From positions 186,001-250,000 of the IMG/VR virus record IMGVR_UViG_3300044712_002668: DNA of 64,000 nt. One strand, 5' to 3'. The notes under the pieces were generated by a model. It did no database searches. It was not told the DNA's origin and was given only the letters and a program-made list of their open reading frames with translations. Positions 62,368 to 64,000 of this stretch are shown here, piece by piece; the stretch's first letter is position 1, and the number at the start of each line of letters is the position of its first letter. The position numbers and the translations under genes are program-made.

Positions 62368-62603
62368 AAGTATTGATTCTTAAAAAAGATGATTGGATGA
62401 TACCGGAATCTTATTGTCATTATACAAAGGGAAATGGTGATACTGAGACTGGTGGCTGGGGAGATGGTTCTGGTAATGGGATCGGAGATTTGGGAGGAAT
62501 AAATCGTCATGGTTTTGTAAATGGTGAAGGTCAGGCGAGTGGTATGGCAAATGGAGATGGCCAAGGTTGGGGCGATGGATGTTCAGAACTCCTAATGATA
62601 TGA
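62364..62603 (+). CDS. Gly-rich paralog 9
   Basis: MKVLILKKDDW leader. Confidence 0.75.
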   Translation: MKVLILKKDDWMIPESYCHYTKGNGDTETGGWGDGSGNGIGDLGGINRHGFVNGEGQASGMANGDGQGWGDGCSELLMI

Positions 62604-62791
62604 AAATAAAAAACATTCTAGATTTTCTCGTAACAACAATAATAAAATTGATTGGATTTGAGGACATCAGGGATGCCGAATTGTTTTTTGGTAAACCGAT
62701 ATCAAATTGTTATAATGATGATTTGTCATTGACTGAAAATAAAAATATAATCGTAGAATTTATTAAGAAGAAAAACTTTGGTAGAAACTAA
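62600..62791 (+). CDS. hypothetical protein interrupting the array
   Basis: 63-aa ORF with ATGA overlap. Confidence 0.5.
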   Translation: MKIKNILDFLVTTIIKLIGFEDIRDAELFFGKPISNCYNDDLSLTENKNIIVEFIKKKNFGRN

Positions 62792-62792
62792 T

Positions 62793-63038
62793 ATGAAAGT
62801 TATTATCCTGAATAAAGAGGATTGGCAGCTACCAGAAGAGAGAGGGCGTGCGCAAGGTTCTGGATTTGGAAGTGGTATAGATGGTTTTTATATTGCCAAT
62901 GGTTCCGGTGTATCTTCCGAATTTATAACTGGCAGGGGTCAAGGTTGCGGCAATCACCATTTCAATAATGGTAGTCATGGAATGGGATTTGGAAATGCTA
63001 GGGGACATGGTGAAGGTAACGGACTAGGTTGGGAATAA
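62793..63038 (+). CDS. Gly-rich paralog 10
   Basis: MKVIILNKEDW leader. Confidence 0.75.
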   Translation: MKVIILNKEDWQLPEERGRAQGSGFGSGIDGFYIANGSGVSSEFITGRGQGCGNHHFNNGSHGMGFGNARGHGEGNGLGWE

Positions 63039-63274
63039 TGAAAGTTATTATCCTGAATAAAGAGGATTGGATGATAGAAGATAGTGGTTTTGGTGGTGGT
63101 CACGGTGAAGGCTGGCCAAATGTAACTGGTAAAGGTTATGGCGATTATAAAACAGCACATAATTATGGCCGTGGAGCCGCCGATGGAATTGCCGATAATA
63201 TTGATACTCTAAATTATGGGGATGGAAATGCTATTGGTTGTGGTGATGGAGATGGTCAAGGTTTTGGAAATTGA
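63038..63274 (+). CDS. Gly-rich paralog 11
   Basis: MKVIILNKEDW leader. Confidence 0.75.
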   Translation: MKVIILNKEDWMIEDSGFGGGHGEGWPNVTGKGYGDYKTAHNYGRGAADGIADNIDTLNYGDGNAIGCGDGDGQGFGN

Positions 63275-63276
63275 TT

Positions 63277-63516
63277 ATGAAAGTAATGATTCTTAAGAAA
63301 GAAGATTGGATGATAAAGGAAGATAGAGGCTTTGGTGAAGGTGAAGGTTGTGGCGGGGTTCCTAGTTATCATCTTGCTTCTGTTGGATATGGAGAAAGTT
63401 CTTCTTTTCGGAAGGGGGATGGAAACGGTCTGGGGGAAGGTCAAGATGCATGCAACGGACGCGGCTTCTGTCACTATGGTTGTGGAGATGGCTCCGGTTG
63501 TGGATATGGAAAATGA
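63277..63516 (+). CDS. Gly-rich paralog 12
   Basis: MKVMILKKEDW leader. Confidence 0.75.
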   Translation: MKVMILKKEDWMIKEDRGFGEGEGCGGVPSYHLASVGYGESSSFRKGDGNGLGEGQDACNGRGFCHYGCGDGSGCGYGK

Positions 63517-63749
63517 AAGTAATTATTTTAGATAAAGAAGATTGGTTAAAGAAAGAATGTAGTTTTGGATGTGGTTATTGCGCTCAATATGGTATAGCCG
63601 AAGGTAGTGGTGTTTATTCTGGTAATTGCCTTGATTCTGGTATTACTCAAGATGGATCTGGAGAAGCTGATGGTTCCAGCTGTGGTGAAATGTTTTCTTG
63701 TTTAGGAAGAGGGTATTGTACAGGATCTGGTGGTGTATATTTGAGGTGA
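63513..63749 (+). CDS. Gly-rich paralog 13
   Basis: MKVIILDKEDW leader. Confidence 0.75.
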   Translation: MKVIILDKEDWLKKECSFGCGYCAQYGIAEGSGVYSGNCLDSGITQDGSGEADGSSCGEMFSCLGRGYCTGSGGVYLR

Positions 63750-63762
63750 TTGGTATTGAATA

Positions 63763-63996
63763 ATGAAAGTGCTAATCCTAAACAAAGAACAATGGTTATG
63801 GGAACAGCTTGGAGCTGGTTCAGGTAGTGGTGCTAATTATGATAGATATGCAACTGAAGGATATGGCTCTACATGTGATATAACTTATGGTTTTGGTTAT
63901 GGAAGAGCTGATGGTAGTGGAGATTGTAAATATGGAACAAGTACTGGGAGCGGGTATATTTTAGGTTCTGGTGATGGTCGTGGTAGCGGTGAATGA
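63763..63996 (+). CDS. Gly-rich paralog 14
   Basis: MKVLILNKEQW leader. Confidence 0.75.
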   Translation: MKVLILNKEQWLWEQLGAGSGSGANYDRYATEGYGSTCDITYGFGYGRADGSGDCKYGTSTGSGYILGSGDGRGSGE

Positions 63997-64000
63997 TTCT

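Noticed and set aside
49520-63996. Diversity-generating retroelement acting on the Gly-rich ORFs
   Set aside because: No reverse transcriptase, and no near-identical template/variable pair differing only at adenines.
44845-63996. Numerous minus-strand ORFs in the right arm
   Set aside because: They are Pro/His/Ser/Ile-rich shadows of the G-rich coding strand, fully overlap better plus-strand genes and lack RBSs.

Overview
This window looks like a 64-kb slice of a large (jumbo-type) bacteriophage genome using the standard genetic code. No structural, replication, CRISPR or rRNA genes were recognised. The left two-thirds (about 1-40.6 kb) is AT-rich and mostly read from the minus strand. It holds 38 canonical tRNA genes covering every amino acid except Pro, plus translation, RNA and nucleotide accessory genes: IF-1, an ArfA-like peptide, a macro domain, an HD domain, Tpt1/KptA, PurA, PhoH-PIN, vWA, ATP-grasp, three HNH endonucleases and several peptidoglycan hydrolases. 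At about 40.6-41.1 kb the G/C skew flips beside iterated repeats (candidate origin). A GC-rich three-gene island follows, then a long plus-strand run of small unknown ORFs including 14 Gly-rich paralogs with a conserved MKV(L/I)IL(D/N)KEDW leader. The main discovery is a structured RNA motif I do not recognise, present in ten copies interleaved between tRNA genes (minus strand: P1-GCG-P2-UUCA|UC-cargo-P2'-UUUC-P1'). Its cargo is often a circularly permuted tRNA. In three copies, joining the cargo ends at the same UUCA|UC point rebuilds a tRNA with a fully paired anticodon stem (Cys-GCA, Asn-GUU, Ile-UAU), which suggests a back-splicing or circularisation system for tRNAs. A second system is HNH-plus-replacement-tRNA cassettes inserted at the anticodon of tRNA-Arg genes. 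All calls come from manual reading; no searches were run.
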